A DNA stretch of 64,000 nt from an uncultured bacterium (GCA_964548195.1 CAZJQC010000004.1:17403-81402), one strand, 5' to 3'. Positions 26,612-37,273 are shown, counted from the first letter of the stretch. Notes: generated by a model not told the origin, from the sequence alone. Numbers and translations: made by a program.

Positions 26612-27773
26612 AAGGAAGTACTTTTGTCAGCCTGCCGCATGCTTCCTCCAGAACAGGGCGTGGGCAGGCGATGTTCATGCGCATAAAGCCGTTCCCTTCC
26701 GCGCCGTACATGCTGCCGTCCGAAAGGCCGATTTTAGCTTTTTGATAAAGCAGCCTTCTCAGCTCGTCCTGTACTATGCCGTACTCCCTGAAATCAAGCC
26801 ACATAAGATAAGTGCCATCGGGCACGCGTGTCTTGACTGCCGTCTCCGCCGTAAGCTTCTCCAGGACAAAGCGCGCGTTGTCAAACAGATAGCTCCGCAG
26901 CTCTTCAAGCCATCCCGCGCCCTCCGAGTACGCGGCGATCACCGCTTCTATTGAGAATATGGCGGACATGCCAAGATGAAGCCGCTCAAGGGATTCCGCA
27001 AAGGCGGCGGATCTTTTTGTATCCGTTATGATGATGTTTGAGGCCGGCAGTCCCGGTATGTTGAACGTCTTGCTTGGCGAAGTGCAGGCTATTGTCATGC
27101 GGGCGGCCTTTTCAGAGAGTGTGCATGCCGGGGTGTAGGAGACGCCGGGCATGGTCAGGTCGCCGTGTATCTCGTCGGAGACTACAGTCATGCCGTATCC
27201 GTTGCATATGTCGAACATGGCATTGAGCTCGTCGCGGGACCATACCTTCCCGACGGGGTTGTGCGGGTTGCAGAGTATGAGCATGCGCGCTCCCTCTTTC
27301 CCCGCTCTTTCGAGGCCGTCGAGGTCTGCCGCATAACCGCTTTCCGTCTCCACAAGCGGGTTTCTGACAAGTCTTCTGCCGTTTTTTTCAACGCAGTCGT
27401 AAAAAGGGTCATATACCGGAGTCTGTACGGTGACACTGTCTCCGGGTCTTGTGAAAGTCTGTACTGCCAGGCTTACAGCTGTCACTATGCCCGGTGTGCA
27501 GTGTATTGTCTCTTTCTCAATATGCCAGCCGTGACTGTTTCCGAACCACGAGATCACGGCGTCGTAGTATGCCTGAGGCCTGGCCGTATATCCGTAGACG
27601 GGATGGGACGCGCGCTTCTTCAGGGCGGCCGTGACCCCTGGCGGCGCGGCAAAGTCCATATCGGCCACCCACAAAGGTATCAGGTCCTTGGCCCCCAAAA
27701 AGGTTTCGTAATTGTCCCATTTGACAGAATATGTGCCTTTACGGGGTATTACTGTGTCAAAACCGTAGCCCAA
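26598..27773 (-). CDS. patB: PLP-dependent C-S lyase, MalY/PatB family
   Basis: SVKWD, LWVADMDF, CNPHNPVG, SDEIH, SPSKTFN, RMNIACP. Confidence 0.9.
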   Translation of the reverse strand: MGYGFDTVIPRKGTYSVKWDNYETFLGAKDLIPLWVADMDFAAPPGVTAALKKRASHPVYGYTARPQAYYDAVISWFGNSHGWHIEKETIHCTPGIVTAVSLAVQTFTRPGDSVTVQTPVYDPFYDCVEKNGRRLVRNPLVETESGYAADLDGLERAGKEGARMLILCNPHNPVGKVWSRDELNAMFDICNGYGMTVVSDEIHGDLTMPGVSYTPACTLSEKAARMTIACTSPSKTFNIPGLPASNIIITDTKRSAAFAESLERLHLGMSAIFSIEAVIAAYSEGAGWLEELRSYLFDNARFVLEKLTAETAVKTRVPDGTYLMWLDFREYGIVQDELRRLLYQKAKIGLSDGSMYGAEGNGFMRMNIACPRPVLEEACGRLTKVLPFNAP

Positions 27774-29683
27774 GCGAGCTCCTTCCCCCCCAGAATGTCA
27801 TTATATATCAGCATATTGGCAAACACTCTCTTGACGTAACCCCTTGTCTCCCGAAAGGGTATGAGCTCCACAAATTCATCCCTCGGGCGGCCGGAAGACT
27901 CATTCAGCCAGCCGCTCACCCTGCGCGGCCCCGCATTGTATGAAGCCAATGTGTGCTCGATGTTTTTGAACCTGTTTACAAGCCTTTGCAAATATAGGGC
28001 GCCCGCGCGTATGTTGTCACGGGGATCGAATATGTCTCCGCGTATTGATGTGTCGATTGCAAGCAAATCCCCGAAGGTGGCGTCCATTATCTGCATGAGG
28101 CCCTTGGCCCCCGCGGATGAGACGGCCGAATCGGTGAACCGGCTTTCCTGCCGCATCACGGCGTATATCAGGGCTTCGGGCACGTCCAGGTCACGGGATA
28201 CCGTTTGGACGATGTCTCTGTACGGTGTCGGGTACGATGCGGCGGCAATCTCCCTGTCCGGCCCGTACACGGACAACAGATGCGACAATGTGACATCCAG
28301 CCATGCGTATCGCCCGTTTTCACCGTAAGCCTTGATGAAGAGAGGCGATGATTCGAACAGTGTCTTCGGAGGTATGACCTTTTGTACCTCCACTATTTCG
28401 GCGACGTATCCCGCTTCCGCGAGATATTTTACCGTCGATTCAAGCGGGCCGGATATGTTTTTTTTGTTTTCCGGAAGAACGGCCCCGTAAAAGGGGCGTA
28501 TGCCGCATTGCAATGCCGATTCGGCTCCGTAATAGGAAAATGGCGACGCATCATGGGCGCGTTTGAAATGGCGCTTGGCGGACTCTTTCTCGCCGCGTTC
28601 CTGAAGGCATCTGCCTTTCCAGTATTCATGCATCGCTTTTGTCTCATCCGTGCGCGCAAGATGTCCGCTTTTATTTAACAGGGCGTACAGGGACTCAAAG
28701 TCTCTTGTCCTGATATACTCGGTAAAATATCGTTTGAATACGGCCGCGGCGCCGTCGTCGTCCAAAAGGGAAAAGTAGAGGTCCAAGGCTTCCGCGTCTG
28801 TTTTTACGACGAGATAAGCGGCAGCCAGCGGCTGTTTATATTTTGTATCGGGGTCATCAAGCAGAGTCTTCAGCTTCTTTTCCGTTGAACGCGTCACGGG
28901 CCGGTCCGCCATGGCAAAGGACTGCCAGTAACCGTTTTCGGGGTCGGCGTAGGGAAGCATGTCTTTGCGGCGCAGTGTCCTGGCGGCGGTCTTCCACCAG
29001 GAGGCGGAGCCGTCATATGATGACAACAACGCAGTTTTTCTCTCCCTGTAGCCCATGCCGGATCTCATGACGGCGTCAAAGTGCCCGGGGTGGAGCACAA
29101 AGGGATGTTCCGCGACGATATCGCGTATCAGTTTTTTCAGCGGCTCGCGGATGTTTCCGGGCAGCCTTGAGTCAAGAAGGGGAGCGGCTTTTCTAAAAGC
29201 CTCTCCGGGCTTTCCTGTTTTGTACAGGGCGATGGCCGTATAAAGTGTGATCTCTTTTTTCAGGTCCTCTTCGGACACGGCTTCGCCGTATTCGGCGTAC
29301 TTGAGCACATCGGAATATTTTTCGCGGTAAAACATCAGCTTTACGGTGTGAAAATTCAGGAAATCAGTCAGGAACGGGTATAGCGTCACCGCAGGGGCGA
29401 GGTCATTGAGCGATCTTGCGGCCATGCGTGGCTCGTCCGCTTCATACGCGGCCCTGAAAGCGGCGATGACGGCGGCGGGAAAGATCGGGTCTTCCGGCTT
29501 TACCGAAGAGAACTCCCTCCATGCTGCTGAATGATCCCCCTTGTCGGCGAATGCGCGCCCAAGGGCGTAAGGATGGGCGCCGTCGACCATGACCCCGGCC
29601 TTCCCGGCTGAACATCCGGCGCCGCAGAAGAGATAAGACGCTATGAGGGCGATGCTAATCCCAAAAAGAATAATTTTTTTCAT
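27749..29683 (-). CDS. slt: Soluble lytic murein transglycosylase (Slt-like)
   Basis: Signal peptide, TPR-like region, RQESRF, GAKGLMQ, ASYNAG, ETRGYV. Confidence 0.88.
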   Translation of the reverse strand: MKKIILFGISIALIASYLFCGAGCSAGKAGVMVDGAHPYALGRAFADKGDHSAAWREFSSVKPEDPIFPAAVIAAFRAAYEADEPRMAARSLNDLAPAVTLYPFLTDFLNFHTVKLMFYREKYSDVLKYAEYGEAVSEEDLKKEITLYTAIALYKTGKPGEAFRKAAPLLDSRLPGNIREPLKKLIRDIVAEHPFVLHPGHFDAVMRSGMGYRERKTALLSSYDGSASWWKTAARTLRRKDMLPYADPENGYWQSFAMADRPVTRSTEKKLKTLLDDPDTKYKQPLAAAYLVVKTDAEALDLYFSLLDDDGAAAVFKRYFTEYIRTRDFESLYALLNKSGHLARTDETKAMHEYWKGRCLQERGEKESAKRHFKRAHDASPFSYYGAESALQCGIRPFYGAVLPENKKNISGPLESTVKYLAEAGYVAEIVEVQKVIPPKTLFESSPLFIKAYGENGRYAWLDVTLSHLLSVYGPDREIAAASYPTPYRDIVQTVSRDLDVPEALIYAVMRQESRFTDSAVSSAGAKGLMQIMDATFGDLLAIDTSIRGDIFDPRDNIRAGALYLQRLVNRFKNIEHTLASYNAGPRRVSGWLNESSGRPRDEFVELIPFRETRGYVKRVFANMLIYNDILGGKELAWATVLTQ

Positions 29684-30443
29684 ATAACGTTCTGTTCCCG
29701 GTATTGACAAGCTTTTCAAAACCCTCTCTGTCGGTCACGATAATATACATGATCCCCCCGCTTACGGCTCCGTAAGGTATTGCCCCCGCCTCAAGCGGGT
29801 CGCAGAGCGGGGCGCCTTTTATTCCCTGGAAATCCCGGCGGTCAGTGACCACAAAAGGCGTTTCGCCCTCCATGCCGAGCCAGAACACGGATTCCCTGCC
29901 GAGCTTCAGGTCTTCCTTAAGAGATTCGGTTATAGGCATTGACAGGTCGTCGCCCTTTGAAAAGACGAACTTGAACATATCTCCCTCCGATATTGATGCG
30001 ATATCGGCCTGGGACAACCTTATCTTATGTATTATCGGGTAGTCCTTCTCAAACATGGCGAGCATCTCCGCTTTGTGTTTTTCTTCAAGTCTGAAGGCCT
30101 TTGAGAGTCCGTAATAGGAGTTGCCGTCAAGCTCGTAGAAAAAGGAGATGTATTGCCTCTCCTCGTTGAGAAAATCAGCCGCCATCTCTGCGTATTCAAC
30201 GGTGTCCAGGCTTATCTCCCGGAGAAACGCCGGCATCCCGCCCTTTTGTACGGCTACGGTGAGGCAAACGGTGTTTCTGTCCCCTTTGCGGGCTCCCAGT
30301 GAGATCGCCCCGTCGATCGCATCCCGTATCATGGGTAGTTCCATGAGGAGGTTCAGGCATATTTTGCCGGAGTCGTCACGGAAGAGGGGGGCGCCGGGGA
30401 TCTTTTCCAGCGCCGTAAAATTTTCCTGTCTTTCAATATCCAT
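29655..30443 (-). CDS. Hypothetical protein
   Basis: 262-aa ORF with AAGGAG SD inside the operon; no recognised motif. Confidence 0.65.
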   Translation of the reverse strand: MDIERQENFTALEKIPGAPLFRDDSGKICLNLLMELPMIRDAIDGAISLGARKGDRNTVCLTVAVQKGGMPAFLREISLDTVEYAEMAADFLNEERQYISFFYELDGNSYYGLSKAFRLEEKHKAEMLAMFEKDYPIIHKIRLSQADIASISEGDMFKFVFSKGDDLSMPITESLKEDLKLGRESVFWLGMEGETPFVVTDRRDFQGIKGAPLCDPLEAGAIPYGAVSGGIMYIIVTDREGFEKLVNTGNRTLYEKNYSFWD

Positions 30444-30452
30444 GGCGGCTCC

Positions 30453-31103
30453 TTAGAACAAAAAGCCGATAGGCAGATGCGTTATGATGCTGTACAGCCT
30501 TATTACGGCCACAAGGTATACGTCGATCACATTCAGATAAAGCAACGCGATGACGATAAAGAAGCCGTAGGGCGCGATCTTGGAGTAATTGTAGGCAGCT
30601 TTCGGGCTGAGAAGACGCATCATCACATGTGAGCCGTCAAGCGGCGGTATGGGTATCAGGTTGAATGCGAACAGTATCACGTTCACCACCGAAGCCATCA
30701 CGAAGAACTTCATCATGGACAAATACATGGGGGCTCCCCTGAAAGGCATGAGTATGTAAGCCAGTATTGTGAACAATACGGCCGAAGCGATGTTCGCCGT
30801 CACCCCGGCGAGCGAGACCACGATCTCCCCTTTTTTGTAATCGGTGTAGTTGTTGGGGTTGACAGGCACCGGTTTGGCCCAGCCAAAAAGCACGGGCGAA
30901 TGGACTATGATCATGAAAAGCGGCAGCAGTATGGTGCCGAAGAGATCTATGTGTTTTATGGGGTTCAGTGTGAGCCGCCCCATATAATAAGCGGTCTTGT
31001 CCCCCATCTTAAAGGCGGCGTAGCCGTGCGCCCATTCGTGTATCACGACGGCATAAAGCAGCGCGAATATCTGAAGCGGTATCATTGCAATGTCTGATGT
31101 CAT
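30453..31103 (-). CDS. Site-2 protease (M50) family
   Basis: HEWAHG, GRLTLNP, FNLIPIPPLDG. Confidence 0.93.
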   Translation of the reverse strand: MTSDIAMIPLQIFALLYAVVIHEWAHGYAAFKMGDKTAYYMGRLTLNPIKHIDLFGTILLPLFMIIVHSPVLFGWAKPVPVNPNNYTDYKKGEIVVSLAGVTANIASAVLFTILAYILMPFRGAPMYLSMMKFFVMASVVNVILFAFNLIPIPPLDGSHVMMRLLSPKAAYNYSKIAPYGFFIVIALLYLNVIDVYLVAVIRLYSIITHLPIGFLF

Positions 31104-31115
31104 GTCTTTCTCCTT

Positions 31116-32681
31116 TCAATCCTTAATGGTATCGAATAATCTGTATTCCCTGAAAATAGCCAGAAGCTCTCCGTCGATCTCTTCGTCCGCCGCTGATCTT
31201 TCCATTATGGAGAACGCCTGCTCGACCGACATCGCTTTTTTATAAGGCCTGTCGCTTGCGGTCAGGGCGTCAAAAAAATCGGCTATGGCCATGATCTTTC
31301 CGCCCAGCGGAATATCGTCTCCGCATAACCCCTCCGGATACCCCGAACAGTTCACCTTCTCATGATGGGAGGCTGCGATGGAGGGGACATCGCGGTATTT
31401 TTTTATAAACGGCATGTTTGAAAGCAGTTTTGCCGTTACGGTCACATGGTTTTGCATGATGCCGCGCTCGGAGTCCGTAAGCGATCCCTTTCTCACGCTG
31501 AGGTTCTCATATTCCCAGTCGGTGATGAGCGGCATTGTCTCGCCGAAATGGTCCGTGTATCTTTCGGCTCTGATCTCGTTCAGCCTTTTTAAGGAATCAT
31601 CGTCTAAAAACTCGGAAGGGTTATTGGCTGCGGCAAGGAACTCCATATGTGAGCGGAGTCTTTTCGAGAGAGATTCTGCCTCCGGTTTTGTGATGACGCC
31701 GTTCTTTTCCTTCAGTCTGCAGTCAGTGATGAATCTCAGCAGCCGTTCGCGGATAAGCTCCGAACGGTCGAACCTGCTTTCCAGCTTCACCGCTTTGTCC
31801 ATCACCGTGTCCGGAGTGGTGACTTTGCCAACGTCATGGAGCCATGACGCCATGTTCAGCTCCGCCAGTTTTTCCTCCGTGAAGTATGCTTCCTTGTATT
31901 TGCCGTAGTCAATATCATTGATCTTCGCTGCGAGGGCCACCGTATATTTAGCCACCCGCTCGGTGTGCCGCTTGTTGTAAGGCGTACGCTCATCGATGGC
32001 CGTTGCCATTACCTTTACAAAAGAGTTCAGCATGGCTTCAATATCCTTTATGAGCTGGGCATTCGTTATGGCCACGGCTGCCTGTGAGGCCAGGGAGAAT
32101 ATGATGTCTTCATATTCGGGGGCAAAAGGTATGACCTCGCTCGTTTCCGCATCCTTGGCATTGATAAGCTGCAGTACCCCTATGATAGTGTTCTCGTGGT
32201 TGCGCATCGGCACGACCAGGAAGGATTTGGAAAGGTAACCGGTCTGCGCATCATATTTTTTCGGGCCGGTAAAGTCAAAATTACTGTTTTGATAGGCATC
32301 CGGGATGTTTATTATCTCGCCGGTCTTGGCGACATAGCCCGAGACATTTTCCTCGTGTATTGGTACGGGAGGCAGTGTTATCGGCTTTCCCGTGGTGCCG
32401 CCGAGTTTGTTCCCGAAGGTGTCGTTGTACAGTATTTCAAACCTGAGATGGTCGCCGTCAACCGAATACAAGGTGCCCGCATCGGCGTTTGTGAAGTTCT
32501 TGGCCTCTTCCACGATCATCTCAAGTATCTTGGTGTTGTTTTTCTCGGATGTCAGCGATATGCCGATCTCAGAGAGTTTCTTGATGTGATCTATAAAGCC
32601 GATCGAATAGTCGCGTATGTCTCCGGTCACTTTTTCAAGCATCTCGGTCAGCCGTACGTCGTAGACATTCCTTTTACCCAT
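31116..32681 (-). CDS. GAF + HD-GYP phosphohydrolase (probable c-di-GMP phosphodiesterase)
   Basis: GAF (GVLQLIN), HTERV, LHDVGK, HHEK.NCSGYP, IADFFDAL, RPYK. Confidence 0.9.
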   Translation of the reverse strand: MGKRNVYDVRLTEMLEKVTGDIRDYSIGFIDHIKKLSEIGISLTSEKNNTKILEMIVEEAKNFTNADAGTLYSVDGDHLRFEILYNDTFGNKLGGTTGKPITLPPVPIHEENVSGYVAKTGEIINIPDAYQNSNFDFTGPKKYDAQTGYLSKSFLVVPMRNHENTIIGVLQLINAKDAETSEVIPFAPEYEDIIFSLASQAAVAITNAQLIKDIEAMLNSFVKVMATAIDERTPYNKRHTERVAKYTVALAAKINDIDYGKYKEAYFTEEKLAELNMASWLHDVGKVTTPDTVMDKAVKLESRFDRSELIRERLLRFITDCRLKEKNGVITKPEAESLSKRLRSHMEFLAAANNPSEFLDDDSLKRLNEIRAERYTDHFGETMPLITDWEYENLSVRKGSLTDSERGIMQNHVTVTAKLLSNMPFIKKYRDVPSIAASHHEKVNCSGYPEGLCGDDIPLGGKIMAIADFFDALTASDRPYKKAMSVEQAFSIMERSAADEEIDGELLAIFREYRLFDTIKD

Positions 32682-32943
32682 GACTGCTCCTTTCGGAATA
32701 ATGACGGTATCCCGGCGTCCTGTCATTTCTTAAATCATCGCGCTCTGTGCGCATGCTCATCGCAAAGACTCCCGGGTTGCGCGCGCGTAAAAATGGCGCA
32801 CGGAGCCTTCCGCTTAAAGTATATCCCCGCGAAAGCCGCATTTCAGGTCCTCAACTATGAAAGCGCCTCTTTTCCCACACGCGTCATCGTCCGCATATGA
32901 CAATACTACCATATGCGCGGCCACTGTTCAAGTATGCTGATGG

Positions 32944-32990
32944 TTGACAAAAAAGGGAGAATGCCGTATAATAATGCAACTGAGTTGCGC
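32944..32990 (+). promoter_or_regulatory. Consensus sigma70 promoter with putative Zur box
   Basis: TTGACA(32944)-17-TATAAT(32967), then ATGCAAC-tga-GTTGCgc (32974-32990). Confidence 0.85.
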
Positions 32991-33004
32991 GAAAGGATTG
33001 CAAT

Positions 33005-33403
33005 ATGATTTCGTTGAGGGGTACATCCGCGAGGATAAGGAAGATAATAGGGGGCAGCCGTAAAGCTGTCGATGCCGTTGAGATAAGGGCCGCCCTGGAA
33101 GATGCGGTGGATAAGTCCACCGTCTACAGGGCTTTGAAGCAGCTTGAGGCACGCGGACTGATAAACTCACTCCGCTTTCCGGACGGCAGGAAATATTATT
33201 TCAGCGGCGATAGAAACGGCCATTTTCTTATGTGTGACAATTGCCACGAGGTCATAGAGTTCAGCGACTGCAATGCGGCCGCAGTGGAGGAGACTGTCGG
33301 GGTGAGATACGGTTATGACGTGAACGGCCACATACTTATCATAACGGGCCTGTGTCCGGACTGCATCAAAGTCAAAAACAAAAAGAGGGGCGGAGGGGTG
33401 TGA
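33005..33403 (+). CDS. zur: Fur family regulator, zinc uptake regulator
   Basis: STVYRAL, HFLMCDNC, C-terminal CPDC; heads the Zn ABC operon. Confidence 0.8.
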   Translation: MISLRGTSARIRKIIGGSRKAVDAVEIRAALEDAVDKSTVYRALKQLEARGLINSLRFPDGRKYYFSGDRNGHFLMCDNCHEVIEFSDCNAAAVEETVGVRYGYDVNGHILIITGLCPDCIKVKNKKRGGGV

Positions 33404-33405
33404 GC

Positions 33406-34281
33406 ATGATGTGTCTGAGGCGTGTGGGGTTGTTGTTCGCTTTGATCCTTTTTATTTTTTTTACGGCATCGGGAGGAAAAAAAGTCATATATGTTTCCGT
33501 CGCGCCGCAAAAATACCTGATTGAAAGAATAGCCGGCGACATGTACGAGGTGGAAGTCATGGTAAGGCCCGGTTTCAGTCCCGCCACGTACGAACCTCTG
33601 CCTTCTCAGATAAGAAGACTGGGATCGGCCGAGTTGTTCCTCACAGCGGGCATGCCCTTCGAGGAAAGCTGGGTCCCCCGCATCGCGGAGGCGTACCCCC
33701 GCCTTCTTATCGTGGACATCACCCGGGACATAAAGAAACGCGATATTGAGACGGCGGAGAGTGTCTTTGGCGAAAAAGAGGGGCACGTGCACGGAAGAAA
33801 AGACCCTCATGTCTGGCTGGACCCGATGCTTTATTCGCAGATGGGCGATGCCGCGGCCCGGGTGCTTGAAAGCCTTCATCCCGGCGAATCGGCGGCGTTT
33901 GAAAAAAATCTCCTTTCCCTGAAGGGTGAGCTCGAACGGCTCGACCGGCGCGTAAGGGAGATACTCGCGGGCATGAGAGTCAGGGACTTTGCCGTTTTTC
34001 ACCCGTCATGGGGGTATTTTGCGGACAGATACGGCCTTCGCCAGATACCTGTTGAATTGTCCGGAAAGCAGCCCTCGCCGGCGGATCTTGAGAAGATCGT
34101 GTCGTACATGAGGTCAAAAGGCATACATACGGTGTTCCTTCAGCGGGAATTCAGTTCACACGCCGCGGCTTATGTGGCGGAACAGATCGGGGGCGTTGTG
34201 GCGGAGCTTGACCCACTTGCGTATGATTATCAGAGTAACATGCTGCGTACTGCGGAGACCTTGGCGGGAGGAGACAGATGA
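33406..34281 (+). CDS. znuA: Zinc ABC transporter substrate-binding protein
   Basis: SPATYEP, DPHVWL, FHPSWGYF, LDPL. Confidence 0.85.
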   Translation: MMCLRRVGLLFALILFIFFTASGGKKVIYVSVAPQKYLIERIAGDMYEVEVMVRPGFSPATYEPLPSQIRRLGSAELFLTAGMPFEESWVPRIAEAYPRLLIVDITRDIKKRDIETAESVFGEKEGHVHGRKDPHVWLDPMLYSQMGDAAARVLESLHPGESAAFEKNLLSLKGELERLDRRVREILAGMRVRDFAVFHPSWGYFADRYGLRQIPVELSGKQPSPADLEKIVSYMRSKGIHTVFLQREFSSHAAAYVAEQIGGVVAELDPLAYDYQSNMLRTAETLAGGDR

Positions 34282-35012
34282 CGCCTGTTGTGGCCGTAAA
34301 AGGGCTGTGGTTCACCTATGACAGGGAACCGGTGTTAAGAGACGTGACGTTTGATATCGAAGCGGGGGATTACGTCGCCATGGTCGGCCCGAACGGAGGC
34401 GGAAAGACCACGTTGGTCAGGCTGATGCTGGGCATGCTGCAACCGTCGCGAGGAGAGATCACCGTATTCGGCGGCGACCCGGCGCGGTCAAGGCTGCGTA
34501 TGGGCTATGTGCCCCAGTTCGGGGTTATGGATGCGGATTTTCCCATAAAAGTCAGGGATGTCGTGGCCATGGGGCTGATGCGTCCGTGGGACCCCTTTCC
34601 TTTTTTCGGGCGGAAGCGCATGAAAAAAGCGGAAGAGACGATGGATATACTCGGCATAGCCGGATTGGAAGAACGCATGTTCGGAAGCCTTTCGGGAGGG
34701 CAGAAACAGCGCTGTCTCATAGCACGCGCGGTGGTGTCGTCTCCCGACGTCCTGATGCTTGACGAACCCACCGCGAGCATAGACAATAATGTCGAAAAAG
34801 ACGTCTTTGAACTGTTGAAAAAACTCAATGAAAGGATGACCGTCATAATCATCACACACGATATTTCCTTTGTCTCCGTTTATGCCGACAAGATCATCTG
34901 TGTAAACGGCAAAGCGGTGTGTCATCCGGCCGAAGAGGTGACGATGGAGGGCATGGCAGAGGATGTCTACGGCAGAAAGGTCAGCGGCATTCATCATCGC
35001 TGCGGAATATAG
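34278..35012 (+). CDS. znuC: Metal ABC transporter ATP-binding protein
   Basis: GPNGGGKT, GYVPQ, LSGGQ, LDEP, THD. Confidence 0.88.
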   Translation: MTPVVAVKGLWFTYDREPVLRDVTFDIEAGDYVAMVGPNGGGKTTLVRLMLGMLQPSRGEITVFGGDPARSRLRMGYVPQFGVMDADFPIKVRDVVAMGLMRPWDPFPFFGRKRMKKAEETMDILGIAGLEERMFGSLSGGQKQRCLIARAVVSSPDVLMLDEPTASIDNNVEKDVFELLKKLNERMTVIIITHDISFVSVYADKIICVNGKAVCHPAEEVTMEGMAEDVYGRKVSGIHHRCGI

Positions 35013-35018
35013 GGGGGA

Positions 35019-35852
35019 ATGATGGGCGCGATACTCCATCTGTCGGGATTTTTTGCTACTGCGCTGCTTGCGGCGCTGCTTGCGGGTATATCCGCGGGGA
35101 TCACCGGCACTTATGTGGTGACAAAAAAGATGGGGACATTAAGCGGAGGACTGGCGCATTCGGTCATGGGCGGAATAGGCCTGGCTTATTTTCTTGAATG
35201 GGAGCCAATGCTGGGTGCCGCAGCCGCCGCGCTGCTGTTCGTCTCCATACTCTCTTTCGGCAAGATCCGGATGAGACAGAACATGGATACCATGGTCGCG
35301 TCGCTTTGGTCCGCCGGCATGGCCCTGGGCATAGTGTTCATGTATCTGAAACCCGGTTACAACGTGGACCTGATCTCTTATCTTTTCGGCAATATACTGA
35401 TGGTCACAGGCAGGGGCGTGATTCTTCTTGCCGTGCTGGATCTGTTTCTCCTTTTATTTGTCTTTCTCTTTTACAAACCCCTTCAATATGTCTCCTTTGA
35501 TGAAGAGTATGCAGAGATGAGGGGGATAAAGACCGAATACGCGTTTTTTATGCTTATGGCGATGGTGGCGCTGACTGTCATCATGCTTACCCGTATCGTG
35601 GGGTTGGTGCTGGTCATAGCGATGCTCACCCTGCCGGCGGCGTCGGCATCTCTGTTTTCCAAAAGCATCGGTCGCATGATGCTGCTCTCCGTCCTTTTTG
35701 CCGTATCATATAATGTCATAGGGCTTTCGGTGTCATACGGAGTTGACCTGCCCTCCGGCGCGGTCATCATACTCTGCGCCATAACCGGCTACGGGATTAT
35801 GTACGGAGTGAAAGCGATACTCACGGTCAAAAAACAGATTCCTGCTAAATGA
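35019..35852 (+). CDS. znuB: Metal ABC transporter permease
   Basis: GLAHS..GG, YLFGNIL, FDEEYA, VG..LV...L.LP. Confidence 0.88.
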   Translation: MMGAILHLSGFFATALLAALLAGISAGITGTYVVTKKMGTLSGGLAHSVMGGIGLAYFLEWEPMLGAAAAALLFVSILSFGKIRMRQNMDTMVASLWSAGMALGIVFMYLKPGYNVDLISYLFGNILMVTGRGVILLAVLDLFLLLFVFLFYKPLQYVSFDEEYAEMRGIKTEYAFFMLMAMVALTVIMLTRIVGLVLVIAMLTLPAASASLFSKSIGRMMLLSVLFAVSYNVIGLSVSYGVDLPSGAVIILCAITGYGIMYGVKAILTVKKQIPAK

Positions 35853-35876
35853 AAAGGGGCCCCGAAGGGCCCCCAT
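35852..35876 (-). terminator. Intrinsic terminator between convergent znuB and PPIase genes
   Basis: GGGGCCC-cgaa-GGGCCCC; UUCG loop and U4 tail on minus strand. Confidence 0.75.
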
Positions 35877-37225
35877 TAAAACTCGACTTTTATTTCAACC
35901 GGATATTTGACTTTCAGCTCGGATATGAAAGCCGAATAGGCGCTTTGCTTTTTTGAGGCAAGCACTTCCTGCCGTATATAGGGCAGGAACTCCTTTTCCA
36001 CGGAACGTCTGTATGAGGCGGAATCCGCGAAACGCTTTCCGTATTGCTTTGTAAGCCTTGACATGAGTTCGGGGTTGTTCTCGTAGATCTTCCTCAGTTC
36101 CTCGTCGGAGGCGGTCACGGATGCGAGTATGTTTCTTTCAAGATATTCCCGTGAATAAAAGTCCTTTTTGAGGGTTTGAATATATTCACGGTATTCATCG
36201 CTGTCGGCCATGTTTTCGGTGTTTATGATATCTCTGTATACCTTTCTCATGACCAGGTCGCTCAGTGTCCCGTATAACGCGTCGGGGTTTTCCAGAAGTT
36301 TGTTCAGAGAGGCGTCGTTCATCCACCTTGAAAGATCCGTAAACAGGTCGCTGTTTTTATAGACCTGGCCGGTCTTGCCGATCTCCGCCACCACGGTCTC
36401 GGGTTTTGAGCGGGATATCTGTTCCGGATACAACGCGATGCGGTATTCAGCCGTCTTCAGTTTGTTGAAGACGTCATATCTGAGGCTTGAAACGGCATCC
36501 CCGTAGGGTATGACGCCTTTCTCATGTCTGTCAGTCACGTAGATGATGTGATAGCCGAATCGCGTTTTTACCGGTTCCGCTGTGATCTCGCCTTTTTTTA
36601 GGGCGAAGGCTGCGTCTTCAAAGGGGGCGACCATCTGTCCGCGTCCGAAAAAGCCCAGATCCCCGCCGTTTTTGGCGCTGGGGCATTCGGAATGTTTACG
36701 CGCTATTTCCGCGAAATTGCTTCCGTCTTTTTTCAGCTGGCCGGCCAATGCGGCGATCCTGGCGGACGCATCCGCGTCGCTTACGCCGTTGCCTGTCGTG
36801 ACAAGTATATGGCTGGCCCGGACCTCTTCATCCTTTACAAATGTGTCTTTAAGGCGTTCATACTCTTTCTTCAATTCCTTCTCGGGAATGTCAGCCTTCA
36901 CCTTTATGTAGACGTTTACAAAATATGTAAGCTGCGCGTCTTCCGCCGCCTCTTTCCACTTTTCGGCTGCGATATTGTCTTCATCGAAGCCCTTGGAAAG
37001 CATCTCCTGATATATCAGTTCGGTGTTGATAAGCTGATTGAGTATGCTTTCCTTCACCTTTGATTCTCCATATTGTTGCATCACTACGTCGTCCACGAGG
37101 GCCGCGCGGTTGTTCACCTGTTCCAGATAGATCACGTTTTCGCCTACCGCCGCGGCTTCTTTTTTAGCGCATCCGAAAAGAGATGCGGCTGCCAGCAGCA
37201 GAATAAAAAATCTGTTTCTTCTCAT
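35876..37225 (-). CDS. Lipoprotein parvulin-type PPIase (PrsA/SurA-like)
   Basis: LFGC lipobox; [32 protein letters not shown]. Confidence 0.9.
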   Translation of the reverse strand: MRRNRFFILLLAAASLFGCAKKEAAAVGENVIYLEQVNNRAALVDDVVMQQYGESKVKESILNQLINTELIYQEMLSKGFDEDNIAAEKWKEAAEDAQLTYFVNVYIKVKADIPEKELKKEYERLKDTFVKDEEVRASHILVTTGNGVSDADASARIAALAGQLKKDGSNFAEIARKHSECPSAKNGGDLGFFGRGQMVAPFEDAAFALKKGEITAEPVKTRFGYHIIYVTDRHEKGVIPYGDAVSSLRYDVFNKLKTAEYRIALYPEQISRSKPETVVAEIGKTGQVYKNSDLFTDLSRWMNDASLNKLLENPDALYGTLSDLVMRKVYRDIINTENMADSDEYREYIQTLKKDFYSREYLERNILASVTASDEELRKIYENNPELMSRLTKQYGKRFADSASYRRSVEKEFLPYIRQEVLASKKQSAYSAFISELKVKYPVEIKVEF

Positions 37226-37243
37226 GTCTCCTCCTCAGTATAC

Positions 37244-37273
37244 CCCGCGAAAAGCCGTCAGGCTTTTCGCGGG
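37244..37273. other. Perfect 13-bp hairpin just upstream of the PPIase SD
   Basis: CCCGCGAAAAGCC-gtca-GGCTTTTCGCGGG. Confidence 0.7.

Noticed and set aside
32750..32860. c-di-GMP-I, glycine or SRP RNA look-alikes upstream of the HD-GYP gene
   Set aside because: Only short words match (CGCAAAG, TTTCAGGT, TCAGGTCC), mostly on the wrong strand and without the required stems or GGAAGGAAGCAG.
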